A DNA stretch of 64,000 nt from Octopus vulgaris (GCA_951406725.2 OX597822.1:62496001-62560000), one strand, 5' to 3'. Counted from the stretch's first letter, positions 12,406 to 27,850 are shown. A program made the numbers and translations. Notes: generated by a model not told the origin, from the sequence alone.

Positions 12406-13532
12406 TTGTGTGTGTATGTGTTTGTGTTAGTCTCCCCTCACCGCTTGAAAACGGGTATTGTTTTTTATGTCCCAGTATCTTAGCAGTTGGGTAAATGAAT
12501 TCGATAAATATGTGTAAGAGAGAGTATGTGTGACTGTGTGTGTGTGTGTGTGTTTGTGTGTGTGTGTATGTGTTCAGTGTATGTTGAAATGTATGTACTG
12601 TACACTCTAAACACCATACTGGGGTCGATCTGTTCAAGGCAGTGCCACAGCATGGCCGGAGTCCATTGACTTAAATAAATAAAACGTAAATAATAAACGA
12701 TAACATATGTGGTGTGTCAACAAAGAGGTTCCTTCATTAACTTATTCTTTTTGTGATGTCAGAAACTATGAAATGCCTATCCACAAAAAAATATTTACCT
12801 CTATTGTAAGAAGGGAAGACAAATATCACTAACATTTCATAAAGTTTATCCTTAATCGTCATTTATATTGTACTCGATTTTTTATATAGCATTATAACTC
12901 TATAGAATTCAATACATTAATTTTGATACATTTTGAACTATATATCTACTTAAGAAACCCAGGTGTTTATATACAAGAAATTATCTTTCTAATGCTGTTT
13001 CACACTCCACCAATTTCACTTTAAACTGTTTGCACTAGCTATAAACACATTATATTGTATTTAAATATAAAACGCCTTTCGATATTTATTGTATAATGGC
13101 GTCTATAATTTCTATGGCAAGAGAGAATTAATGTAGCAATGAGATAAATATTTTCCTCTCAAGTGAAATGTTTTCTTTTTTTCTTTTTACCGATAAGCAC
13201 AAGCAACTCTACAAACGAGGCATCAATGAAACTCTTGGCGATCGTTCAACCTGGTAGACGTAATTGCTAAATCATCTTGCATTCAAGGTCTTCTCTTAAA
13301 AAGCGAAAGACATTTCAGCAATAATGTAGTCTTAGATATACTGAAAAGGTATTAGGGCTGGAATGTCTTTGATCTTAGTTCTACTGGATCTAACCCTAAC
13401 CTGAATTTAAACACCGTATTGTTAAAACCCTATATAGATACATATACATACATACAACATACAATATATGCATGCATATACGTTCACATACACATGCATG
13501 CATATACAATACATGCATGCATACAAGAAACG

Positions 13533-13594
<62 letters not shown>

Positions 13595-13744
13595 GTGAAA
13601 TAGAAAGATGAATAATCTTGTAGTAGATTAATCAAAAGTTTAACCGATACCTTAGTAGCAAAAATCACAGCAGTAAAACAGCACGGTTGGAGGTACAACC
13701 ATATGGTGTTGCAACCGTGCGTTGGTGCGGATAATTGAAATTAG

Positions 13745-14113
13745 AACATTATTGGTGAATTGAAGAAATGGAGCTGAACGCAGATTGAACAGAAATCGTT
13801 TTATTTCATTCTACACGTGTTTCGAAAGGCACAAATTACCAAAATCCGATGGAATAATGGGACCATATTGTGTCTTTCTCTTCAGGAAGAAAATAGGAAA
13901 TCCGTTGGAAAAACAAAAACAGAACAGAGGCGGAGCAAAAACAAATCGAACTATGCTCCTAAGAGCCCATGGGCTCTTAGGAGCATAGTTCGATTTGCGC
14001 CATTATTCCATCGGATTTTGGTAATTTGTGCCTTTCGAAACACGTGTAGAATGAAATAAAACGATTTCTGTTCAATCTGCGTTCAGCTCCATTTCTTCAA
14101 TTCACCAATAATG

Positions 14114-14115
<2 letters not shown>
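13745..14115. repeat. Inverted duplication (116-bp arms) with a nested perfect 56-bp palindrome; PLE pLTR-like
   Basis: 13745-13860 is the reverse complement of 14000-14115; 13942-13997 is a perfect palindrome centred on cccatggg; (TA)n at both sides of the wider unit. Confidence 0.9.
13809..13888 (-). ncRNA. Type I hammerhead ribozyme motif with long stem II
   Basis: Minus strand TTC-CTGAAGA-GAAAGACACAA...TTGTGCCTTTC-GAAA-CACGTG-TA-GAA. Confidence 0.8.
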
Positions 14116-14149
<34 letters not shown>

Positions 14150-15134
14150 GAATATATGCATACAGGCATACATAAATATATATAGATATAGATACATTCA
14201 TGCATACACTCAATTTTGAGCGTAACCAGCCTTCATCTGTGCCAGTTAAATTACAATTCCTGAATCCGAAAGTGATTCAGTTGTGGTCCACCAAGCTATT
14301 GCTTGCATACTTCCAGTCTGTTAAACCTGCACATGCCACCAAAGAACCCATCACCAAAGGACCAGAAAATAATCACACTGTAAGAGGAAATCTCGTAATA
14401 TTAATGCATCGCCAAAGGGATTTTGTACGTGAGTTCGTTTATCGGTATTTGAACATACAACTCACTTTCTGAGCTAGGCAAAAGTTTACGATGCATAAAA
14501 AGATAGTAAGACCAAATAATGTCAAACTTGTAAGCTTTATATCAGGCCTAGTCTTTCCCAAGCAAAGGAGATACGAATGCAAGGCTTTCCTACTCCCATT
14601 TAAGTAATCCTCATTAAGGTTAAGAACCTTTATGTACCCCAACCCTAAATACTTCTAACAAGAAGTAGAGATCACTCTTAACCCACGTTTCTTACAACAC
14701 GTTTGTTCGCCATCATATTTGACCCCTATGCTTGATTCATCAGCCTTTTTAACAACCCTTGTTTTCGTCCTGTTGGATTCTGGCAACTTCCCTCACAGAG
14801 CGAATATATTTAGTGCCATTGTTTAGTTGCAGTCGAACCGACCATGTAAGAGGTTGTATGGGATTATATGTTATGAATAACACGGTAAGAAAACTTTTGA
14901 TCATAGATCATATCATAGATCACGGATGATATGCAGCTGAACAACAACAACAACAGCATATTCGCCGCCGAAGTGTTTACAAACGTAGCTCATTTTTTCA
15001 TTTATACGTGCCTGCCTATGCGGGTGCATGTGTGGAGTATGTATGCGTTTGTACTTAATTGTATGTACGCTAGTATGCGTGTACGCGTATGTGTGTGAGT
15101 GTCTGATTACACACACACAAACACGCACATACAT

Positions 15135-15234
<100 letters not shown>

Positions 15235-15299
15235 ATATATAAATATATATGTATATATATATATGTATGTATATATACACCTATATACATATATGTATG

Positions 15300-15870
15300 C
15301 CATTGTCCAGTTTTATTTCAAGATTTCTTGCCAATAGAGAAAGAGCCGGTTTCTAACCTAGATCCAAGGTTCCTTCGTTGGAATTTCAACATCAACAACA
15401 TGATATTTTTGCATGTATGTATGTACGTATGTATGTATGTATGTATGTATGTATGTATGTATGTATGTATGCAAATTAGTATGTTTTGCTTTATGCATGT
15501 ATTCTCATGCATTTAGTTGCATGTCTAGACATGCTCATATATATGTTTAAATGTTAAACTTCAGGAGTTTTACAAATTTTTATAGTTCCAGTTTTTGTCT
15601 TCGAATTAGTTTCCTCATTTCTGGGTTTGAGAAGCTTAATTTTTCAAGATTGGTATTTAGGCAGTATGTCACACATACCAGGGCCCCAATAGTTACAGAT
15701 ATAAACTTGAGCTCGTAATCTGGATAGAGCAACTGCAGATTTCTCAATAGTTCATCGTATATATTCTCTTTTTCACTGATGTTCAGCTTTGTTAATATCC
15801 TCTGGGCAGTTAATTTTTACATCTGTACAGTTTGTTTCCTCTATCCGAAATCATTTTATCAGGTCTGTAT
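15300..15870 (-). mobile_element. R4/Dong-like (RLE) LINE 3' remnant
   Basis: Minus strand NIYDELLRNLQLLYPDY...IGAL, similar to the end of ORF 28508-29329, and a similar 3' UTR. Confidence 0.7.
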
Positions 15871-16095
15871 GTATGTATATATGTATGTATGTATAAATTA
15901 CTTATAGAATTCAATATAATCTAGGTACATCAACAAGTAGGTCGCTAAAATTGCTAGGTAAAATAACATAGTTAGCACAGTAAGCTAAAACAACAATGAA
16001 GATGTCAAGTTGATAATAGGATACTGTACGCTTGTAAGTACCAAATCCAAATTAAACCGCAGATCCGATTCGGTTGGTTGCAAGTGTGGTGGAGG

Positions 16096-16129
<34 letters not shown>

Positions 16130-16664
16130 TGTATGTATGTATTATGTATGTATGTATGTATGTATGTATGTATGTATGTATGTATGTATGTATGTATTAT
16201 ACGTTTGTATGTATATATGTGTGTAGGGTGCGGTGTGTGTACATAAAAACATACATATCAAGATCCTGTTATCTGAGCAGAGGAAGTAGAAAGTGCTTAC
16301 CTCGTCTAAAACTATAATTATTAATTATTGGATATCTAAAGCAATTTCTTTCTAATTAATTGTAAACAAATGAATTCAACGCGTAGAAATGAGTTTATAA
16401 CTCGATAAATATTTTCTTTTGTGATGTTGCACAAAATAATTTCTGTTCTGATGTTAATCTTTACTGCCTTTAAAGTTCAGTAGATAGTGTTACGTGCTAT
16501 GAACCACACCTGGCTACTCGATTCTCTAGGATTGGTCAAATTGATGTTGACACCTCTGATAAGAATACAATAAGACTCGAAAATCGATTATCGTTGTTAA
16601 ACATTTTTGTCATTCTACAGAGAAACAGCTAAATTAGTTCTGTTTATAAAGGTACTTCGGAAGT

Positions 16665-16798
16665 TGGGTGTGTGGTAAGAAGCTTGCTTACCAACCACAT
16701 GGTTCCGGGTTTAGTTCCACTGCGTGGCACCTTGAGTAACTGTGTTCTACTATAGACTCGGAGTGGATTTGCTTAACGGAAACTGAAAGAAGCCTGTC

Positions 16799-16853
<55 letters not shown>

Positions 16854-17066
16854 AAATAGTATTTCATAAGCATAAAGCTTATAAGCGATCTCCACGCAAT
16901 GACTAAAGAAAATAGTCTAGTAATGGGGCATATAAGCCCTCGACAGAATAAAGTAGGTATCCTCGTACACGTGGGACTCGAACCCTCAGCTCTTTGTTTA
17001 CGCGACCAAGTGTATTTGCTTAACAAATCCATCGCAGTGAAAGCATACAGACACACACAAACACAC

Positions 17067-17130
<64 letters not shown>

Positions 17131-17220
17131 GCATGTATATTTGTGTGTTTGTGTCTGTGTCTGTGCTCCAGCATGGTCACAGTCAAAATGACTGAAACAA
17201 GTAAAAGAGTAAAAGAGTAT
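16665..17220 (+). mobile_element. SINE (CR1-type tail) with a nested tRNA-like insert (~16850-17045, minus) in its internal (TA)n
   Basis: Head gtgtggtaagaagcttgc...; tail gtgctccagcatggtcacagtcaaaatgactgaaacaagtaaaagag; insert has box B GTTCGAGTCC on the minus strand. Confidence 0.7.
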
Positions 17221-17399
17221 TAAAGGATAGTAAAGATGTAAACCAGTTTTATAAAATATATAGATTTGTATCATACATATGAAAGTGTAAACCCATTGAA
17301 CGTTTGTTTTATTCATTCATACAGATATAGACACAGACACACATACACATATACCCACGCACACAGAGGATTCATCCCTTTTTCCGGCCATTTCATCAT

Positions 17400-17578
17400 G
17401 TCAAAACCGTTAATTCCGATACATTTTTCTCTCTTCCTCTTTTTCTTCTCGTCCCTTTCTGCCGGATAGCTTAAGCCCGAAACGTCAAAAATTTTGGCAT
17501 TCTTCCCGAGTATCAAACTAAGGCACCTGCTTCTTATTCCCCTCACCTGTTTTTATCTTTTGTTTTCCTTACATTTGA

Positions 17579-17582
<4 letters not shown>
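17400..17582 (+). repeat. Short pLTR-like repeat with a degenerate hammerhead (17455-17490)
   Basis: tttCTGCCGGAtagcttaagcccGAAACGTCaaaa; similar to 31968-32156 (minus); ends in (TA)n. Confidence 0.5.
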
Positions 17583-17629
<47 letters not shown>

Positions 17630-17630
<1 letters not shown>

Positions 17631-18260
17631 CTCTCCCACTCGAAAGGAATCTACCCAGATATCTGGAAACACTACATTATATCTCATTCCCAAGAAAGGC
17701 AGCCCCACCGATCCTACCAACTATTGCTTTATCTTTCTCTGCAAACGGAGACACTCATTAAGACGACCTCCAACACTTTGAATCCCCCCTCTCTCTCTCC
17801 ATCTTAATAAGGGCTCAAACTAGAGATTCCTTAATGCCAGATACACTGGTAACCTTATTTGCCTCCACTTCCAACAACACACACTCTTATACAGATGATG
17901 TTTCTCTCTAACATCAACCAACCATGCATCATCCACTAGCAAACTAGACACCACACGACAAACAAACACTGACTTAATAAACAGAGATGACAAAAGAATT
18001 CTTTCTATTGGAGATATATCTTACTTGTCTCTCTCACCAAACCAAAACACCACTTCCACACATTTCAAGTAAACACAATCACACCACCCCTCAATTAATC
18101 CTATGCAGCAATCGGCGATAACTCTCGCCAATTGTTAGGCTTCATTATTATATCACTGAGATTTTCCCCTGGTAAAAGCTCATCTTTAACTTAGTTAGGA
18201 TTGCATCCCGTAGTCTAGCCGTTCTCTTCTAGGTTAGAAGATATTGCGGCTGTTAACTTG
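17630..18260 (+). mobile_element. Heavily decayed LINE RT fragment
   Basis: LIPKKGSPTDPTNYCFI (resembles the NYRPI motif), later YTDDV. Confidence 0.5.
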
Positions 18261-18339
18261 GAAGCAGTTTGCGACAGACATGTTTCGTAGTCTCTTGTAA
18301 TTGAGAGTAGGTACCAAAGTTACCTTTTTTACTAGCGCT

Positions 18340-18600
18340 CCCGTCCAGATTAAGGACCATGCACTGCAATAGCTTGGGATTCAAGGATCAAGAGCAATGT
18401 AATGCCTTGTCAAAACATGTGATGGATCTTCATTGAGTAGGGATAGATGTTTTCAGGAAACAACTTGACCTTCTGCTGTCCAAGTTCCCAGATGAACCTA
18501 AATCACAAAGAAACTCAAAAGAGGACTGCTTCCTTCATCAAAAGCCAATCGCATAAGAATGGCCATTGAAAATGGATTACACTAGTGGTGCTCCATAGTA
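18340..18600 (+). mobile_element. CR1-like 3' remnant
   Basis: cactgcaatagcttgggattca...gttcccagatgaacct, similar to 6371-6510. Confidence 0.65.
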
Positions 18601-18611
18601 TTTGGGTTGAA

Positions 18612-18972
18612 CCGGCTGTGTGGCAAGTAGCTTGTTTACCAACCACATGGTTCCGGGTTCAGTCCCACTGCATGGCACCTTGGGCAAGTGTCTTCCACTA
18701 TAGCCTCGGGTCGACCAAAGACTTGTGAGTGGATCTGGTAGACGGAAACTGAAAGAAGCACGTCGTATATATGTGTATATATATATGTGTGTGTGTGTAT
18801 GTTTGTGTGTCTGTGTTTGTCATGTAACCACTCTCCAAGTTTTTCTAAAGAGTCCGATAGAATAAGTACTAGGCTTATAAAGAATAAGTCCTGGGGTCGA
18901 TTCACTCGACTAAAGGCGGTGTTCCAGCATGGCCACGGTCAAATGACTGAAACAAGTAAAAGAGTAAAAAGA
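18612..18972 (+). mobile_element. SINE, family with CORE-like segment, internal microsatellite and CR1-type tail
   Basis: ggctgtgtggcaagtagcttg...ggttccgggttcagtccc...ggcaccttgggcaagtg...ggcggtgttccagcatggcc...gactgaaacaag(taaaagag)n. Confidence 0.85.
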
Positions 18973-19464
18973 GTATGTCTTGCAGCAATGTGGATACATT
19001 CGCCCTAAAGTCTGCTAAACATTAGGGACCTGGAAACGGAAGTAGGTCTAAATGTAATGTGAGCTCTTCTAATCAGATCCCATCATGTCGATGCACATGA
19101 CAATGCAAGTTAGAAATATAAGACATCTAAAAGACACTTTAACAATAAGTGACCAACGACAAGTATACATGTGAAAAAAAAAACAACTATATTTCAAAAC
19201 AAACGGCCGTACCAATGAGCTAACAGCCAGACAGATTAAAACGCAATGCTAGAAATAAACAATAATCTTCATAATACATATAAACTCAATATTAACAATA
19301 AAAAAAAATCAACATCATCGAATATCTAAATGGAAGCCATAAGCATAAACTAACCGCAAAATACAGTTAAAATGCAACCATATTAACAAACCAATAACGT
19401 AAGTGATTTAAACAGAAACATAACTATACGAATCAGCAGTATAAAAACTAAAACTAAAACACAA

Positions 19465-21060
<1,596 letters not shown>

Positions 21061-23077
21061 AATAGAGAGGGGAAGGAATGAGATGAGAAAGTTATAGTGT
21101 GAGAAAAGAGTAAAAGAATGAAATGTGTGAAGAAGGGAGTGAGAATGAAATAGAGTGTGTATGTTGGGGATGGCTGAAAGTGAGAGAAAGAAACCAGACA
21201 GATATACTGTCCCAAAATATGGTGTTAATCAGGAAGTGTGCATGACTATGAAAATAGGTCTACAATAACAACAACACTTAGAGCTAACAAAAAGAACTTT
21301 TCGTGGTCGCTCGAATAGCTAGAAATCACAACCGACTCCACCTTTAACTACATCTTAGTGTCTTGAATTATTTAATCTTATGTTCACCAAATCCAAATCT
21401 GAGATTTGAACGTTTTTCATCATAATCGTGTTTGAACAAAAATAAATAGAGCTAAACAAAAATTGCTTCTGATTTTAGGCACAAGGCCAAAAATTCTAAG
21501 TGTAGGGGATTAGTCGGTATCGCCCACTCCCGTACTTGACAGGTGCTTTAATTTTATCGACTCGTCTGCGAGATTTGAACTTAGGGCGGAAAGAACCTGA
21601 AGAAATATCGCAGGTCACCACTAAGCAACAATAATAATAACAAGGATCCGTTTCAGAAATCGTCAGCAGAGTTGATTTTGTTGCCAACTTTCAGGCCAGA
21701 TTCACACTTATATATTGAGTTGATGTCTATACTGCAGACATTGACCTGGGTGTCAACTGCCTCAAATTCACAAGTCCAGTAGGAATTCCAAAGATGTTCT
21801 CTATTTTACTTTATTCATTTTACTGCACTTATATTAATTCTCTCTTTATTTGGCATTGATATTGGCTATCATTATCTTAGATAAACTACACCGGCAAAAC
21901 AAAACAGGCCCAGTAGAACTGAAATGGTATTCGATCAAGGTTAACATAGGTTAAGCAACAACAACAACTATACTCCTCGAGAATAATCATATAGTTGTTA
22001 GAAGCCCTATTATGTTTGATTATTATAACACCCACTTCGGTACACTGTGTACTTATTACCAATAAAGACACGACTATCATTTGAGCGCCAACTACATACT
22101 CTCCGATACTGGCCGACGTCACCTTACTTATAGTGATTGTTTCATTCCACTCGTCATGTGGGAGGGCTGTACCATTATTACTAATTCTCTATTGTTTCTC
22201 TGTTGCAACTCATTAACATAATTGTTATAGTTGTTTTAATTACTACAACGGGTAATTGTCTGCCTTTTCATACGTACATTAACACATTTTCATAATATTA
22301 TTTCATCATATTCTAAATTTCAATCATATATTTAATTCAGTTCCTCAAGCAAGGTTATTTAAAGTGTAACTCGCCAAATATGTTTCATTATATTCAAGAT
22401 TTCATTTATGTTTTCTATTTTGTACTATAGTTATATCTATTTAAAATGTAACACACTAAATTCAATTTTTTCATTATGTTAAATATTACATTTATATGTC
22501 ATCGATATAATTAAAGCTGTTTTAAACTTAACACGTGTAACTATTTCATTACCAGCAGTGCTTGTGGAAATTTCACAGTGATTTTAACAACTGTATGATG
22601 GTTGCAAGTCTATAGAGAACCATAAAACATAATTTCTCTAGGAATTGTATTTTATTTAAAATATTTAATTATTTAGAGGGTGTAAGAGTTTTAAGAGATT
22701 GTATAGTCTTATTATGACTCAACATCTCTGAATGCTCTATTCCTTGCTATCCTTGTTCGTTCCAATTCCTATCTATCTGGTGGTCTAGACTGAACAATTG
22801 CAAGAGCATTTTCAACACAATCGATAAATTTGCTTCTCCAATAGCTTACATGCTTGTTCTCTTACATCATGTTCGTTCATTTCCGTGACGATCACCTTAA
22901 TATTCTGTGTGATGGCAATACGATCACTGTTTGTAGATACTATGTATTTGTATTCCACCTTGAGTGGAAGCTGTTTTAGTTCATTTATCATCCATAGCAC
23001 TCACTTAATAATAACAAGAACAACAACAACAAAAACAATAACAACAACAACAACAACAATAATAATAATAATAATAA

Positions 23078-23266
23078 GGCGCAGGAATGGCTGTGTGGTA
23101 AGTAGCTTGCTTTCCTACCACATGGTTCCGGGTTCAGTCCCATTGTGTGGCACTTTGGTCAAGTGTCTTCTACTATAGCCTCGGATCGACCAAAGACTTG
23201 TGAGTGGATTTGGTAGACGGAAACTGAAAGAAGACCGTCGAATATATGTATGTATATATATATATT

Positions 23267-23346
<80 letters not shown>

Positions 23347-23577
23347 TGTCTGTCTGTCTGTCTGTCTTTGGGTGTCTGTGTTTGTCCCCCAACATCGCTT
23401 GACAACCGATGCTGGTGTGTTTACGTCACCGTAACTTAGCGGTTCGGCAAAAGAGACCAATGGAATAAGTACTAGGCTTACAAATAATAAGTCCTGGGGT
23501 CGATTCGCTTGACTAAAGGCGGTGCTCCAGAATGGCCGCAGTCAAAAGACTGAAACAAGTAAAAGTGTAAAAGAGTA
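23078..23577 (+). mobile_element. Full-length SINE, same family as 18612; related copies at ~29585-29835 (-), ~42345-42752 (-), ~54075-54505 (-)
   Basis: ggcgcaggaatggctgtgtggtaag head, internal (TA)/(TG), gataagtact...ggggtcga-type segment, CR1-type tail. Confidence 0.88.
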
Positions 23578-23584
23578 AATGATG

Positions 23585-23623
<39 letters not shown>

Positions 23624-23626
<3 letters not shown>

Positions 23627-24148
23627 GCCCTGATGCTGTACCAGACAGTCGCTTTCATGGCTTCTGATCTTAACTGATTGGAAGTGTTATCATGTAAGCA
23701 AATATTCTGCTCAATACCACAGATTTGCTTGTCAGTTGTTTGACCTTAACCAGTTGAGCATGTCCCTTAGTGGCTTACGATATGTGCATCTCTGATCACG
23801 AACAGAAGTAGTGGGGGAGCATCATAGCCATGTGTTGAGAGGGATTCTTTGGGGTTTGAATAATTCATCTCTGGAAACATGGGTGTTTCGTTCAATATCC
23901 TTAAGCAACCCTTATTCAGGGACCTTTTGAGCGGGATGGGTTACTCGACCAGAAGAAAATTCTAACTGGGCCCCACCTGCAAGGTTATGTGCTGTTTATC
24001 TTGATATGAGATCACCATGTCGCGCACATATGGTTGTGATGCATGTGCTTTGTGTATCCTTATCAGGCGGGTAGTCATGATGGGTATACTGGGCTTCGTA
24101 TATTTTACCCGAGTATCACTTTGATGGCATGCACTGCTCTCTCACTCA
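23624..24148. mobile_element. Non-coding ~520-bp dispersed repeat adjoining (TAA)n; second partial copy at ~48370-48785 in opposite orientation
   Basis: Extended similarity between the two loci (gtacca.gcagt.gct.tcat...ttctgat.ttaactgattgga..., cttaaccagttgagcat); both abut (TAA)n. Confidence 0.75.
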
Positions 24149-25683
24149 CTAATAATTAGGATTAAATGAAATACGATTAGAGAGAGAGAGAGTGGACATA
24201 AAATACAAAACTGATAGTTCAGACACGTTGACAAGATGTACTACGATATCGTATCGTAATGTGTTGTGGTATGGTATAACATAATAGGTTGCTGATGAAT
24301 AAAGAAGATTGAGTAGGAAGAATACAACGTTTTCTTTTAATGGTTTACTAGGAAACAAAGGCTGCATCCATGTCGTTTATGTGCCCTCCAAGACGGGTGA
24401 TAATCATGCGGTTGGTGCTCGTTTTAAATAACTTTGAGGAAAAGACTCGAGGAAAAATTATAGTAGGGAAAGAAATTCCACAAATTTGAAGTCCTAGGGA
24501 GAAATGGTTGAGCCTGCATGGGGAATACGGTTTAAATAAAGTGAAAAACAGAGACGAGTGTACAGTGAGCTTGTGCTGGTGTGCTGCACAATTAGCTAAT
24601 TCCAGGCAGAAGCTGTTGTAGTAGCGATCGAAATTGCTGAGTGAGGAGGCAGTGCATCAGGAGACTAGAAGCTAAGTGCATTGTTAATTGATGCCTGTCA
24701 GTGGGTTGGCTTTTTAAAATTTTGTTCCTTTCTATCTGGATATGGTCAAGAGTATTCGTGTGCATATGTCATAAGCTTTAAAAAGGGAATAATAATAGAA
24801 GACTTCCTAGAGAAAGTAAAATTGAGCGTAGGAGGTGTTGTTGTGAAGTAAAAGAGCTGTGTCAGGTAGTAGAGTAAGGGACGGGCTAATGGTACAACCA
24901 CGTGCTTGCAAATAAAAAAATAAGAATACTAAAACAAAACAACTCGACTAATGAGTTTGTTTTGTTTTTTGGTTTTTGTTTTTCAGGATTGAGTTCTTTC
25001 TTAATTAATTCGAAATTTTCCTGTGGCAATATTTTTCAAGTGGCAACAACTTTTTTTCATAGCCATCAAAATTGCTCGGTTTATTATCCTACTAACAAAG
25101 AAAATTAATTTTGGTATCATATCTCCGGTTTTTGTTGATGTATGGCATCTTTCTTCCAGTTTCCACTACGTTTAATATTCAATATGTTGCACATATGGTT
25201 CGTGCAAATGTATTATTGTAGTGGGGGTTACTTTTGAGTTTATCACATTTATCACACTCACATAGATTATTTCTGACTGTCAACTGCACACTCCCATATT
25301 TCTATGATATATGACAAATTGCACTGATTAAAAACGAAAATCTAATCTACGAGATAAAATCAAAAATAAACTCAACACTACTTGTAGAAATTATTAGACA
25401 TTATAATTACTATAGTTATTAACGCACCATAATTAATAAATGTTGATTTTTTAAAATTTTATATTCTGTTGTTATAGTTGGTACTCATGGTAACAGCTTA
25501 GCAAAATCGAATAAAATGAAATTAAATATGTCCCGAGTTCAAATCCTATCAAGTTAAGCTTTACCTTTTATGTTTCTGGCTAAAATTATACAAGTTAAGT
25601 ATTAACTTTGGTGTAATAGAATTGCTCCTCGGCAAAAGTTCTGCTCGTACATATGTTGAATATCAATATTATTATCATTGTTA

Positions 25684-25890
25684 AGGCGGCGAGCTGGCAG
25701 AATCGTTAGCCCGCGGGCCTAAATGCTCAACAGATTTTCGTCCTTCTTTACGTTCAGAGTTCAAATTCCGCCGAGGCCAACTTTGCCTTTCATCTTTTCA
25801 GGGTCGATAAATTAAGTACCAGTTGGATGCTGGGGTCGATAAATTAAGTACCAGTTGGGTGCTGGGGTCGATGTTATCGACTTACTCCAC
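25684..25890 (+). mobile_element. tRNA-derived SINE with Deu/Nin-type core and a tandem duplication of the core end
   Basis: ggcggcgagctggcagaatcgttag...gagttcaaattccgccgagg...tttgcctttcatc....ggggtcgataaattaagtaccag (x2). Confidence 0.8.
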
Positions 25891-26984
25891 CGCTGAACTT
25901 ACTGTCTTTGAAATCAATATTATTACCATTGTTAGAGGAAGTAGCAGATTCATTAGAGTGGCAGACAAAAACAAATAACATTTTGCTGTGATCTATGTGA
26001 TTGTGAATTGTTCAGCCACTTGCACATTAATTTCACGAGCAGGCTGGTCTTCTGATCGTCGAATCAACTGGAACTTGTCATCGTAACCGACAGAGAACCG
26101 TTTTTGTAAAAACAACTGTAAGTAGATATTTTTTAAAATTAGGTGGTATACGTAAGTATGTACTTAGAATCCACAGCTCTGATGGACAAATTCTCTACTC
26201 CATTTACTTGAACTATTGGTTCAAGTCTAATGAAATGCAATTCTCCGTGAGATAAAGCAGGATGCAGTACAGCGTATTAAGATTTACTAACGCATTACAA
26301 ATAAAGTCTAATTGTAATAGAATATTATAAACGGATCATGTTCCAGCTTCCGCTCCGCGAATAAGAATGAGTAACACTTCAACATTTAAACCGGCCATAT
26401 CTGACCCAAATATTCTGCCTGTTTATGATCAAGCTGATCATACCTGGCCTCTTACACTTACATATCATCGAAATATTGAAGCTAAGAGATAATTCAGGAT
26501 TAATTTAAAACAATGTGATTGTTTAAACATTATATTTGAAAGAGTAGTGAGTTCAATATCGTGTGTGTTTATTCTATTCTTTCAACACCACCTTTTCAAT
26601 ACTGTTTGTAACATTGTCACAATAGAAAGGCAAAGAGAACTAAACAAGTATTTCTCCATGGGCAATATCGCGTGAGATTTTTCTAGTGTATGTTCACATC
26701 TTAACGTAAAGATGAAAAGAAAAAATTAATACGTAACCTACCTCTTTCATAGGAGAGGTGACAAATCTAAAACAAAGAATCTACTATTCAAAGATGTTCA
26801 GTTTTAAGACTATGCACACATTGCTATGCAAGTAATATTTATCTGATTTCATTAAATGAATGTTTTAATAAAAAATACTCATTACAAACGAGGCTTTTCA
26901 CAATCTTCTATAAAATTCTAACAATCTTATTCGTTTTAAGTATCCAAAACATATTACTGCTTTTAATATCCAAACATAGTACTA

Positions 26985-27200
26985 CTTACCACAGTTGTTA
27001 AAATAAGTGTACTTAATTGCTTACGGCAATGTATTTAGTTACTCCGAAACAATCGCTGCAATTTCCCCAAAAATATTTATAATCCATATTGCCCATTCCG
27101 AAAGAGAAAATTGGTTAGCAGTATTAATATAGGTAATGCTCACAATGTTAATTCCTCCACGCACCCATTTGAAAGTAAATATTTTGGAAAATGGAGAAAC
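26985..27200 (-). repeat. Dispersed ~220-bp repeat; copies at ~31070-31285 (+) and ~57763-57990 (+)
   Basis: Shared actgctaaccaattt...ggaat..g.aa...gattataaatat...taactaaataca.tgccgt.agcaa.taa. Confidence 0.75.
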
Positions 27201-27329
27201 AAGTAATAATTTATATACATATAATATGTACAACATATATTTATCATATATATATATATATATATATATATGATACATATGATATATGTATACTGTTTCT
27301 TACAGATAAATTGAGACAATTTTAGGGTG

Positions 27330-27850
27330 CATATAACTGCTTGTAAATACTAAAATAATAGCACTAGACATAATTTTAATGTAATATTTATTACAACAAA
27401 ACCATTTATCACTCAATATGGCCGCCTTTTGGGCAATAACTACCTCCACACGAGAACGAAATCTTTTCGCAGCTGCCGCAACCTCCGCCGTTTTGATTTT
27501 GTGTGTCGCACGCACGATGTAGGTCTTCTAACTGTTGACACTTGAGTGTGGCGAAGCATTGATCCTTGCTTGAAATACGCCCCATAAAAACTAATCGAGA
27601 AGATTGAGATCTGGGCAATCACTGGGCCAGATGTTGGCCCTCACAAAAATGGCATCTTCTCACCAAGGGAGGCTTGTGTTGCTTTTGACCCATGGCATGG
27701 TGCAGAATCTTGGATAGGCACCACATCGTCAAGCCCAAACGTCTGCTCCATCCAAGGTAACAGAGAGTTCTGCAGGATGTCCATATACTCTTCTGTGCCA
27801 AACGTCAAGCCGGACTCAAAGAAGTGTGGATCCATGACACTTCCACGGCT
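27330..27850 (-). mobile_element. Tc1/mariner-superfamily transposase remnant (DDxD type)
   Basis: YMDILQNSLLPW...IQDSAPCH.SK.TQ then WPSDCPDLNLLD*FLWG after a frameshift. Confidence 0.8.

Noticed and set aside
14737-14743. CTGATGA on the minus strand
   Set aside because: No stem II or properly placed GAAA; lies in a probable decayed LINE remnant
22680-23005. Coding-like minus-strand stretch (…CKLLE…FIDCVENALAIVQSRPP…)
   Set aside because: Multiple stops and frameshifts and no family I can name; at most an old pseudogene fragment
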